From assembly GCA_051439425.1 (NCBI GenBank), contig JBFRWD010000146.1:1-23291 (forward strand): 23,291 nt of DNA. Reading direction: 5' to 3'. The translations under genes were made by a program, and so were the position numbers. Positions 8,901 through 16,087 of the stretch are shown in pieces. The notes under the pieces are model-generated. The model was not told the DNA's origin. It saw only the letters and a list, made by a program, of their open reading frames with translations, and searched no databases. The first letter of the stretch is position 1; every line of letters starts with the position of its first letter. The DNA is from Synechococcus sp. GTDB taxonomy: Bacteria > Cyanobacteriota > Cyanobacteriia > Thermostichales > PCC-7336.

Positions 8901-11002
8901 CAGAGCGGATGGACACCTTGGTGATTGCTGGGACCAATAAGGACAGAGAGGCAATCGCGTCAGGGATCAGAAGGGGATTGCGGGCTCGTGGGGAGCTGGG
9001 GGAACAGGTTGCTGCAACTCGATTGGGAGCCAAGAATCTCACCGATGCTCAGAAGGCATTTGTCCACAACTACGAGGTGGGAGATGTGGTCATTCCTACT
9101 CGCAAAGTATTCGGCTTGGAAACTTGGCAGCGCTATCGAGTTACGAATATCGATAACGACCGGCTCAGGGTGATGGGAGATGACGGCATCTATCGAGTGG
9201 TGAATCCATCCAGCAACTTAAGTGTCTTCTACCAGAAGTCGATGGATGTGTCGGTGGGGGATGTGATGCGTTGGCGACGGAACGACTATGGAGCCGGACG
9301 GAGGAACGGGCAGGAATTCAGCATTGAGGCCATCGAAGGGCGCACAGCCACGGTGCAATACAGAGACGGCAAGATGGAGCGCTTGAATCTGGATCGGGCT
9401 CAGCATTTTGACTACGCGAATGTAACCACTACCTACGGCTCTCAAGGCAAGACCTGCGGTCGGGTGTTGATGATGGCTGAGGATGACGGGACGTTGAACC
9501 GAGAGTCCTATTACGTGGGGATTTCTCGGGCTAAGCATGGGGGGAAGGTCTATGCCGAGCAGCGGTCTGTGTTGGTGGAGGCGGCCAGCCGCAGTCATGC
9601 GAATGAGAATCCCATCGAGCAGGTGGAGAACTGGGTTGAGATGCTGAATGGGTTGCTGGAGAAGTCAGTAGAGCGGGAACGGCAGATGCAGGCCCGCGAG
9701 TTTATTCCGGCTACCGAGACCATTAACGAGGCTGCAACAGAAGTAGCTGAGACGCCGGTAGTTGAGCAGTTCGAGAGCGATCGCCTGGATGACTCTGCGG
9801 TTCATCTGACAGACAAGCATCGCTACGAGATGGAGGAAGAAAGCGCGATCTCCCGCGATGTGGTGGAACTGAACGTGCGATCCGTTGTGGGCGAGGAAGC
9901 TAAACAAGTGTTGTTGACATCCCCTGAGTTGTTCACCAGCTCCGGTCAGTTGAAGAAGTGGGTGCAGCAACGATACGACCACATCGAGAAAGGAGGCTGG
10001 GTCTTTCAGGGGGTCGATCCGTTGAATGATGGCGAGAGGATGGATTGGGTCAGGTTCAAGCCGGACGAGCCCAAGATGAATGAAAAGGAGGATGCAGAGA
10101 CAGGAGAAATCAAGACCAAGCCGATCAAGTACGAATCCACTCCCAAGACAGCAACCAGAGCAATGTTCCCGGCTTATCCGCAGCGGTTGTGGGAGGCGAT
10201 GGCGACCAGGAACAAGCAACCGATTGAATCAACAGACAAGCATTTCTGGCAGTGGGTGGAGCGAACGAATTTGCCGATTGTGATTACTGAAGGCAGTAAG
10301 AAGGGGATGGCTTTGGCTAGTGCGGGTTACATCGCGATCTCCTTGCCTGGGGTTTGGAATGGAGCCAGGAAAGCAACAGATGATTTACCCGAGCGTTTGA
10401 TCCCCGAGCTGGAGAAGTTCGCCACTGCTGGCCGTCAGATCTATTTTGCATTTGACGCTGATACCAAACAGTCAACGGTTGAGCAGGTGAATAAGGCCAT
10501 TCACCGCACGGCTGGGTTGATGGCCAAGCAGGACTGCCATGTATTCGTCATGAGCTGGGAGGGGGAGAAAGGGATTGACGATTTGATTGCGGCGAAGGGG
10601 ACTGATGTTGTAAGAGATGCCTACCGGCAGGCTCAGCCGTTTACGGAATGGAAGCTAGCCAATGGATTCCAGACCAAACAACAAGAAGGAATCGATATCG
10701 AGCTGGTGCAGCATTGGCCCCAGGCGGCGCAAATTGCGGGCAGGAGTGCTGGCTATGTTGAGATAACACGAAGGACAGTTGCAGGTGTGGAAGGAGGCGG
10801 TTACTTGGGAGAGCATAACCGGCAGTTGCTCTATAAAGACATCGGCAGGGCTATGGAAAGGATTGCTAGGAGAATTAGCGATCCTCGCGCCCGACGCGAG
10901 TGGGACAGGGCGAGATACGAGCTCAGGTACGGTCACTTGCCACCACTCGACATGCTGAAAACGATTGGGGAGGTTTCACTGCGCCGAAGTCGGCAAAGAT
11001 AA
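5921..11002 (+). CDS. MOB_F (TrwC/TraI-type) relaxase fused to a RecD-like SF1 helicase and a C-terminal DUF3854/TOPRIM-like domain
   Basis: Tyr pairs Y14-Y15 and Y20-Y21, DLTFSAPKSVS, HDTSRLLDPQLHTH; helicase GVAGAGKT, IVDEAGM, GDTRQL, SQGKT, YVGISR; C-terminal ITEGSKK...LPGVWNG...FAFDAD...KGIDD. Confidence 0.93.
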   Translation: MLSTKNVAPGAKAYYKEDNYYSKEDSEAQSQWQGKGAEKLGLTGTVNDEVFGLLLHGRLPDKTKFRRRPPTHAGYQERGALDLTFSAPKSVSLLTKIGGDTQLEKAHYRAVAKAIDYIEKHHAITRIRQRGNQIKVNTGNLVVAKFNHDTSRLLDPQLHTHCLVLNMTQTSGGKWYSLSNDAIHKNKHLLGAIYQNELARGAMELGYQIHRNGNGTFEIAGFKQKHLDYFSKRRKEIEPLIDKFSTWQERQDASLKVREKKVEIDRRELLDYWASEAASIGLQLPQPSGRRAVVVGNSQLQPETINERAAARTQHRPSASVRPADNYRATNELDETRARHLQQSGGFVHGGVVDSPQSRGEEQRPGRDNRAIRAGVEREQPAAGKRRFEDGGIRRNGERRTGRDGVEPTLASEIAELLNNRQQQQSLSAAIAQLKAAQQLQTRVHAQSQQLESALTDATQVLKTLQLKTNPSKHLARETAKALHQYTVNRAVETSISTEVLNQLKDALGQQQELSNNLQPLANSLQTIEDKTVARRLAEAIAKRRQQEALKREAQVSELVDAVKQRVEAQDKQYQQFIGQFEKALQTVTDRFTARRVALAVARKRNHRQMMQEGIQETLSESMQGIRASSERSADTLTTLSRLGPKIQQIGKVFEDRRQEDIERKRAIAYDQPHSKFETVDEAVAAGIDHAAERAVAFRPERIVKFVLEELGGFDIESIEAAIERAPGLIRFGRFVTTDNAVRRELDTIRTVLGQQGQLTPIAPTNQLVELQLQATVRDHQQTSPHWQWTSGQVDAVKLAATTRDRFVAWQGVAGAGKTTALKQVSKLATSCGYTVKAFAPTAKATKVLSDELGIRGQTVARLIRQEPKPSAKPQLWIVDEAGMLSADAGQKIVQQAVQANARVVFVGDTRQLSAVEAGNPFKSLQQAGMRTAHLTISRRQKNPGLKSAVDLAARGEIESSVKELERNGMTHYHKYRGSRHKQIVADFLALTAAERMDTLVIAGTNKDREAIASGIRRGLRARGELGEQVAATRLGAKNLTDAQKAFVHNYEVGDVVIPTRKVFGLETWQRYRVTNIDNDRLRVMGDDGIYRVVNPSSNLSVFYQKSMDVSVGDVMRWRRNDYGAGRRNGQEFSIEAIEGRTATVQYRDGKMERLNLDRAQHFDYANVTTTYGSQGKTCGRVLMMAEDDGTLNRESYYVGISRAKHGGKVYAEQRSVLVEAASRSHANENPIEQVENWVEMLNGLLEKSVERERQMQAREFIPATETINEAATEVAETPVVEQFESDRLDDSAVHLTDKHRYEMEEESAISRDVVELNVRSVVGEEAKQVLLTSPELFTSSGQLKKWVQQRYDHIEKGGWVFQGVDPLNDGERMDWVRFKPDEPKMNEKEDAETGEIKTKPIKYESTPKTATRAMFPAYPQRLWEAMATRNKQPIESTDKHFWQWVERTNLPIVITEGSKKGMALASAGYIAISLPGVWNGARKATDDLPERLIPELEKFATAGRQIYFAFDADTKQSTVEQVNKAIHRTAGLMAKQDCHVFVMSWEGEKGIDDLIAAKGTDVVRDAYRQAQPFTEWKLANGFQTKQQEGIDIELVQHWPQAAQIAGRSAGYVEITRRTVAGVEGGGYLGEHNRQLLYKDIGRAMERIARRISDPRARREWDRARYELRYGHLPPLDMLKTIGEVSLRRSRQR
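6837..7151 (+). CDS. Overprinted 104-aa coiled-coil protein in the +1 frame inside the relaxase gene
   Basis: GGAG (6826-6829) 7 nt before ATG; helical sequence MSELQQELNIALQPVFDRLTTIEQQM..., while the relaxase frame is R/G-rich and disordered-looking over the same interval. Confidence 0.7.
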   Translation: MSELQQELNIALQPVFDRLTTIEQQMSLMRQEQGTYSNRVDSFMEELLIRLKAEEKNNDLGETIAQFVQALKENSQQQENVALRMEEFVAMVNDGLAEMGSSQH

Positions 11003-11052
11003 TCAGTTCTTGTTGTTGAGCTGAAGGAGAGTGGGGGGAGTGAGCCCGTTAA

Positions 11053-11295
11053 TCACTTCAAATTGCGGATGATGCGGGCCACAAGTTTATCAAGCTTGTC
11101 GAAGTCAATATTATCGATGTCGTCTTGAAGTTCGGGGGGTAGTTCAACACCTGCTTTATCGAGAGCCCTACGTATCTTGTTCAGGAGGCTTGCTCGGGGC
11201 ATTGAGGCTGTATTCATATACATCTGGCTTGCTAGACCCAAGCACAGAATTCCAACTTGTTGGAGTGCTTTTTCTCCGTCGGGGGTTGATGCCAT
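11053..11295 (-). CDS. Hypothetical 80-aa protein
   Basis: ATG-started ORF filling the gap between convergent units, with protein-like helical composition; no family recognised. Confidence 0.5.
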   Translation of the reverse strand: MASTPDGEKALQQVGILCLGLASQMYMNTASMPRASLLNKIRRALDKAGVELPPELQDDIDNIDFDKLDKLVARIIRNLK

Positions 11296-11402
11296 ATGTC
11301 ACTATCTGTATGGAATTAGAACTGACGAGAGTTTATCAATGCTTGGCAAAGGTCAACATGGCACGGAAGGGTTAGCCCGTAAATAGCGCTCATAAAAATC
11401 GA

Positions 11403-11415
11403 GGCGCTTCGCGCC
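11403..11415 (-). promoter_or_regulatory. DGR target hairpin downstream of VR1
   Basis: GGCGC-GAA-GCGCC 30 nt after the stop; equivalents follow VR2 and VR3 but not TR. Confidence 0.8.
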
Positions 11416-11445
11416 AAGAGTGTAAGAGGGTAAAAGAGAAAAGGG

Positions 11446-11571
11446 TTACTGAAGAGACCTCGGCTCTTCACACACCACTCGAAACCCAATGCCGTGGTCG
11501 GATCCGCGCGGATAGTAGAAGCGGTAGGCGGAACGGCAATCCCTCGGAGGGTTGGCCCAGGAACCGCCGCG
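11446..11571 (-). repeat. Variable region VR1
   Basis: 13 substitutions versus TR upstream of the divergent 3' end, all at TR adenines, plus a one-codon deletion in the AAC run. Confidence 0.95.
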
Positions 11572-12267
11572 CCAAACACGAGACTGATTTTCGTCATCGT
11601 TGCCGTCTATCCAAGCACTACCATCATTAGGAGCACCTTCGTAGCTGTCATGCCAATGGTCCAAGCACCATTCGCGAACGTTTCCATGCATGTCGCAGAG
11701 GCCGAAGGCGTTGGCAATTCCATAAAGATCGACAGGGGTCGTTTTTCTCCGACTATCGGCTATTGGACTACCGTTGTAGGAAACTGAGCTATCAAAATTT
11801 GCCACTTCAGCCGTGAGAATATCACCGAAATAAAATGGTGTTTTAGTGCCAGCTCGGCAAGCATACTCCCACTCCGCCTCGCTGGGCAATCGGTAAGTTC
11901 GTTTCGTGTGCTGAGAAAGGCGATCGCAAAATTCCACCGCTTCGAACCAAGAAATGCTTTCTACTGGATGCTTCTCACCTTTAAATACAGCGGGATCTGG
12001 CTCGAGAGAACGATTGACTTGCTCGATCTGCTCTGCAACAAAGCGCCATTGGTCTTGAGTAATGGGATAACGGCCCATAAAGAAATTTGGGACAGTGACA
12101 GGATGTTGGGGGCCTTCGTCGTTATATCGTTCGGGCTCGCTGTCTGGGGAGCCCATCTCGAAGCTACCTCCTGACACCCAAATCATGTCTAGCTCGATGT
12201 CCGTTCCCAGCGCTTCGGGGAAATATCGTGCGGTTTCTTGCCGCCTTTGTAGTATCAGCTCTGCCAT
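11446..12267 (-). CDS. DGR target 1: stand-alone FGE-sulfatase/C-type-lectin-fold protein
   Basis: F.MGSP, EGPQH.V, YRLPSEAEWEYACRAG, NAFGLCDMHGNVREWC, RGGSW...GFRVV; VR at the C-terminus. Confidence 0.95.
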   Translation of the reverse strand: MAELILQRRQETARYFPEALGTDIELDMIWVSGGSFEMGSPDSEPERYNDEGPQHPVTVPNFFMGRYPITQDQWRFVAEQIEQVNRSLEPDPAVFKGEKHPVESISWFEAVEFCDRLSQHTKRTYRLPSEAEWEYACRAGTKTPFYFGDILTAEVANFDSSVSYNGSPIADSRRKTTPVDLYGIANAFGLCDMHGNVREWCLDHWHDSYEGAPNDGSAWIDGNDDENQSRVWRGGSWANPPRDCRSAYRFYYPRGSDHGIGFRVVCEEPRSLQ

Positions 12268-12282
12268 CGATTACCATCTCCA

Positions 12283-12428
12283 TCGAGAGGGTGAACCAGA
12301 CAACTGTTCGGCTAACCTACCAAGCTATCTGGCTCGTGGGGATTTTCGGACGCCCGAAGACATCGCAGGAGCAGGTCTGGACTCTTCCAGTCACACCCGA
12401 CAGATTCCCACCTGCCAGTTCCGGTCAC
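12283..12428 (-). ncRNA. Structured DGR spacer RNA 3' of TR
   Basis: Stems GCAGGU/ACCUGC, CUGGA-AGAG-UCCAG, GAUGUC-UUCG-GGCGUC (12349-12364) and 13-bp GAGCCAGAUAGCU/AGUUGUCUGGUUC (12293-12335), with G-U pairs that work only on the minus strand. Confidence 0.75.
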
Positions 12429-12554
12429 GAAGAGTACTCGGCTCTTCACACACCACTCGAAACCCAATGTTGTTGTTGGATTCGCGCGGATTGTTGTTGT
12501 TGCGGTAGGCGGAACGGCAATTCCTTGGATTGTTGGCCCAGGAACCGCCGCGTT
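12429..12554 (-). repeat. DGR template repeat (TR) with IMH*-like 3' end
   Basis: Intergenic AAC/AAT-rich copy: CGCGGCGGTTCCTGGGCCAACAATCCAAGGAATTGCCGTTCCGCCTACCGCAACAACAACAATCCGCGCGAATCCAACAACAACATTGGGTTTCGAGTGGTGTGTGAAGAGCCGAG; 3' end AGTACTCTTCGT versus AGG(G/T)CTCTTCAG in the VRs. Confidence 0.97.
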
Positions 12555-12594
12555 CGCTGGCCTGCCCCATTGGTACGGTAGCGCGAACGATTGA

Positions 12595-13695
12595 TTAACG
12601 CCGCTCGAAGTTATTAGAAGAAAGAGACTGCGGTTCTGGTGGTGGAATGAACGTGAGTTGACTGAAAATCTGCTGTCTAAGCCGGTAGGTATTTCCATGC
12701 TGAAGATGAGCTTCCCAACTTTGCAATCGCTGAATGAGATCTGGTAAGCCGATCTCTCCCTGGTTGAAACTCTGCTGTAGACGCTGAAAGCGGCGTCGAG
12801 CTCTCCGAAGGTTATCGTTTCTGACACGGATATAATCCGGTAAGATGCGAAATCCAACGAAGTTGGCTCCAATATGGGTTTCGAATAGTTGGCTTTTGAC
12901 GGGATGCAATCGCAGTCTTATTGAGGCCAAGTATTCGCCGACCGCCTTACGCGCCGCTGCCAGAAAGCCGCGATCGTCAGAAAACAAAGCAAAATCATCG
13001 ACATAGCGAAGGTAATGTTTAGCTTTCAAGGTCTCTTTGACGAAGTGGTCGAAGCCGTTGAGATAGACGTTGGCAAAAAACTGGCTGGTCTGATTACCAA
13101 TAGGCAAGCCTTTCGGTCGTTGGATGGGGGTGAGTAGATCGTCTCCGGGGAAGTAGTCGGCACTGCGTTGCGGACGATCGCCACTATCGATGATGCTGTC
13201 GATTAGCCAAAGGGTTGGCGAACATTTAATTTTGCGACGCAGCATGGTTTTGAGCAGGGGGCGATCGATGCTGGGAAAATATTTGTGGATGTCGCATAAG
13301 AGCACGTAGCGGTTGGTTCAGGCGAACTGGGTGAAGCGACGTAAGGCACGGTGGGTGCCGTACCCAGTGCGATTGGCGTAGGTGTCGTGGATGAAGGTGC
13401 GAGCGAGCGGCGGAATGATGATGTTGCAAAGGGCGTGATGGACGACGCGATCGCGGTAGGGGGCGGCCGAAATCAGCCTGGGTTTGGGGTCGCTGATGCG
13501 GAAAGTTGTGTATGGGCCGGGTCGGTAGGTTTGGGTTTGCAGTTCGGTTTGCAGTCGCAGCAGTTCGATTTCGAGGTGGTGGTTGAAGTCGAGAACATTA
13601 GGACGGTAGCGCTTACCTTTTTGCGCTTGTTGGGCTGCTCGGTATAGGTTTTCAAAGCTAGTGATATGTGGCCATAGGTTGCCGAAGCGTTTCAT
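12595..13695 (-). pseudogene. DGR reverse transcriptase, interrupted by one in-frame TGA at 13318-13320
   Basis: The two track ORFs are one frame: [23 protein letters not shown]. Motifs [34 protein letters not shown]; 366 codons if the stop were a sense codon. Confidence 0.92.
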
Positions 13696-13717
13696 GGACC
13701 CATCTTGCGCAGTAGCT

Positions 13718-13942
13718 TCAAAGTAGCTCTAGGAATGCGTCCACAGTCAGATCCACATCCCGCAGGATTTTACGCAGTAAGCCCTTTCCGATGTTTTTGC
13801 CCGTGTGAACGGGAACAGTGGCGATGCGCCCATCTTCGTGTTTTAGACGAACATGGCTGCCTTTTTGGCGAACAACGACGAAACCGATCTTTTCTAAAGC
13901 TCGAATCAGTTGCTTGCCTGTCACCGTCGGCAATGGAGGCAT
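13718..13942 (-). CDS. hicA: HicA family toxin (mRNA interferase)
   Basis: [10 protein letters not shown]...RQKGSHVRL...TVPVH...[11 protein letters not shown]. Confidence 0.92.
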   Translation of the reverse strand: MPPLPTVTGKQLIRALEKIGFVVVRQKGSHVRLKHEDGRIATVPVHTGKNIGKGLLRKILRDVDLTVDAFLELL

Positions 13943-13959
13943 CGTTAGTTCGCTACTCT

Positions 13960-14175
13960 TCAGATAACGACTTTTTGGATACCGACAAACTCAGGAATAG
14001 TATCCGAGCTTTCGTCTTCGAGACAGAGGGCAATGACTTCGCGAATGTTGTCGAGCAACTCATCAATGGTTGCCCCTTGGCTGTAGCAGGCTTTGAGTTG
14101 CGGTACTTCGCCGACGTAGTAGCCGTCTTCGTCCCGCTCTATCAGTACGTAGAACTCTCGAATTGGTTCTGTCAC
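13960..14175 (-). CDS. hicB: Short HicB family antitoxin without a DNA-binding domain
   Basis: VLIERDEDGYYVGEVPQLKACYSQGATIDELLDNIREVIALCLE; hicB-hicA order. Confidence 0.92.
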   Translation of the reverse strand: MTEPIREFYVLIERDEDGYYVGEVPQLKACYSQGATIDELLDNIREVIALCLEDESSDTIPEFVGIQKVVI

Positions 14176-14211
14176 ATCACGCTCTGGGGTATGAAGCTTG
14201 TGCTCAATCTA

Positions 14212-14553
14212 TCATTTTCGATTCTGTTGCTGGCCGATCCAACCTCCCAGGGCAATACCAACCTCGTTCATTTGCTTGGCAGCGTATTCATATCGTTCGA
14301 GAGATATCAGTTGAAAGTCCAGAAGCAATCGAGTTTGGTAGCGCAAGACCTCTAGCTCGGTGTTGAGGGTGCGTAGTTGGTGAAGTTTGTCGTTGCTGTA
14401 GTGGGCGCGAATCAGCCCTTCTAACAGGGTGTAGAGGCCGGAAACGATGCGATCGCCGAGGACGTATTTATGCGATCGGGGTAGTCGATTGAGGATGGGA
14501 ACGTACCATTTAATAAAGTCGTAGGTCTTTTGAACAATGGGGAGTTCGCTCTA
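14212..14553 (-). pseudogene. avd: DGR accessory variability determinant (Avd); TAG occupies the expected start codon; absent from the ORF track
   Basis: Manual translation: (TAG)SELPIVQKTYDFIKWYVPILNRLPRSHKYVLGDRIVSGLYTLLEGLIRAHYSNDKLHQLRTLNTELEVLRYQTRLLLDFQLISLERYEYAAKQMNEVGIALGGWIGQQQNRK*, an Avd four-helix pattern ending in G..LGGW. Confidence 0.9.
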
Positions 14554-14609
14554 GGTTGGCTCGGCACACCTCCCGATTTTAGCTGCCTGAAATGCTTGGA
14601 AAAATTCGA

Positions 14610-14622
14610 GGCGCTGCGCGCC
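14610..14622 (-). promoter_or_regulatory. DGR target hairpin downstream of VR2
   Basis: GGCGC-GCA-GCGCC 30 nt after the stop. Confidence 0.8.
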
Positions 14623-14652
14623 AAGAGGGTAAGAGGGTAAAAGAGCTAAGGG

Positions 14653-14781
14653 TTACTGAAGAGCCCTCGGCTCTTCACACACCACACGAAACCCAATGCT
14701 GTTGAAGGAAGCGCGCGGATTGAGGTCGTCGCGGTAGGCGGAACGGCAATTCCTTGGACTGCTGGCCCAGGAACCGCCGCG
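14653..14781 (-). repeat. Variable region VR2
   Basis: 12 substitutions versus TR, all at TR adenines. Confidence 0.95.
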
Positions 14782-16023
14782 CCTGATACGAGGATTGTTT
14801 TTCTTTGCTCCCTTATCAATCCAAGCACTCCCGTCTTCGGGCGCGCCTTCATAGCTGTTGTGCCAGTGGTCGAGGCACCATTCCGATACATTCCCGTGCA
14901 TGTCGCAGAGGCCGAAAGCGTTGGCACAGTCGAATAAATCTACAGGAGTAGTTTCAGCTCGATACTCACCCTTTGGACCCCCAGCATAGGTTCCACTTTT
15001 ATCGTCAGAACCATCATAGTTAGCAAAATCTGTAGAAATAGTTTCACCAAAGTTGAAAGGCGCTCTGGTGCCAGCCCGACAGGTATATTCCCATTCCGCT
15101 TCAGAGGGCAATCGGTAGGTGCGCTCTGTATAGCGGCTGAGGCGATCGCAAAATTCAACAGCCTCGAACCAGGACACTTGCTCCACTGGACGCTTCTCTC
15201 CTGGAAAATTCGAGGGATTTGCTTTCAGATCGATATCGACTTTGGGGAGCTCAGCCACAAATTTCCACTGTTCTTGCGTAACAGGGTATTTGCCTATGAA
15301 AAATTCCGGCACCATCACATCATGCTGTGGCCCCTCGTAGGAGAGTCGTTCTAGTTCGCCTTCAGGCGAGCCCATTGAGTAGTGTCCGCCTAAAACTTGC
15401 ATCATCTCAAGAACCAGCTCTTCCCCTAATCGCTCGCGGAAGAGTCTCACTTGCTCGTGTCGGTTGACTGCTAAGATACGCCCGAGATCGCTCTCATAAA
15501 CTCGTATCTGTTTGCTAACTTTCCCTGAGAAACTTACTGTTGCAGGACTAGCACCTACCTGAAGCGTGCCTCGTATAGTCTCTAAAGGAGCCTGTTCGTC
15601 TGAGAGCATCGCCTCTAGAGCACTGATGATTAATTGCTCGGCTTTCGATTCGGTCGCATCTGACAGATCGATGACTGGGAATTTATCTAATCCTGGGGAG
15701 AACTCTACGTTGTCAACTCTGATGAAAACGAAAAGTGCTTTGGCCCACTCAACGTTCCGATTAACCAAAAAGGACAACCAATCCGAACCTACAGATTTTT
15801 TAGAAATAATCGAGATCGAACAGTCACTTTCGGCGATCGCCTGACCTATTTCATCAACAAAACTCTGACCGGGGCTGTTGCCCAAAATCGCTGCGGTAAC
15901 TATGTATCCACTGTCTTCCAGCAGCCAGGTAATCCAGTCCGCCCAGGGGCGATCGGCCTCTACATAACTGACAAAGAAGTGTTTAACAACGACTGACTGC
16001 TCGATGGAATCGGACATCTTCAA
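14653..16023 (-). CDS. DGR target 2: TIR-like domain + FGE/CLec domain
   Basis: N-terminal FFVSY..ADRPWADWITWLLEDSGY...PGQSFV (TIR_2-like); C-terminal FGE motifs; start may be ATG at 16017. Confidence 0.92.
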   Translation of the reverse strand: MKMSDSIEQSVVVKHFFVSYVEADRPWADWITWLLEDSGYIVTAAILGNSPGQSFVDEIGQAIAESDCSISIISKKSVGSDWLSFLVNRNVEWAKALFVFIRVDNVEFSPGLDKFPVIDLSDATESKAEQLIISALEAMLSDEQAPLETIRGTLQVGASPATVSFSGKVSKQIRVYESDLGRILAVNRHEQVRLFRERLGEELVLEMMQVLGGHYSMGSPEGELERLSYEGPQHDVMVPEFFIGKYPVTQEQWKFVAELPKVDIDLKANPSNFPGEKRPVEQVSWFEAVEFCDRLSRYTERTYRLPSEAEWEYTCRAGTRAPFNFGETISTDFANYDGSDDKSGTYAGGPKGEYRAETTPVDLFDCANAFGLCDMHGNVSEWCLDHWHNSYEGAPEDGSAWIDKGAKKNNPRIRRGGSWASSPRNCRSAYRDDLNPRASFNSIGFRVVCEEPRALQ

Positions 16024-16052
16024 CCCAATCAGTTACAAGGTAGAAAAATCGA

Positions 16053-16065
16053 GGCGCTGCGCGCC
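16053..16065 (-). promoter_or_regulatory. DGR target hairpin downstream of VR3
   Basis: GGCGC-GCA-GCGCC 22 nt after the stop. Confidence 0.8.
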
Positions 16066-16087
16066 AAGAGGGTAAAAGAGCAAAGGG

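Noticed and set aside
6167..10936. Other nested ORFs in the relaxase gene
   Set aside because: Mostly antisense shadows with no protein-like features, unlike 6837-7151.
11446..12267. Targets as active formylglycine-generating enzymes
   Set aside because: The catalytic Cys-pair region is occupied by the VR; a ligand-binding CLec fold is more likely.
12312..12872. 186-aa ORF over the RT end and TR
   Set aside because: Off-frame shadow of RT plus non-coding TR/spacer; its similarity to ORFs 11316-11597, 14646-14927 and 16033-16251 only reflects the TR/VR repeats.
12595..13695. RT as a group II intron or retron enzyme
   Set aside because: Short, no maturase/endonuclease domains, GNQTSQ motif, and avd plus TR/VR context identify a DGR.
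13705..14355. 216-aa plus-strand ORF
   Set aside because: Antisense to hicA, hicB and avd, with no recognisable motifs.
14421..14624. 67-aa ORF at the avd position
   Set aside because: Wrong frame; the Avd-like sequence is in another frame.
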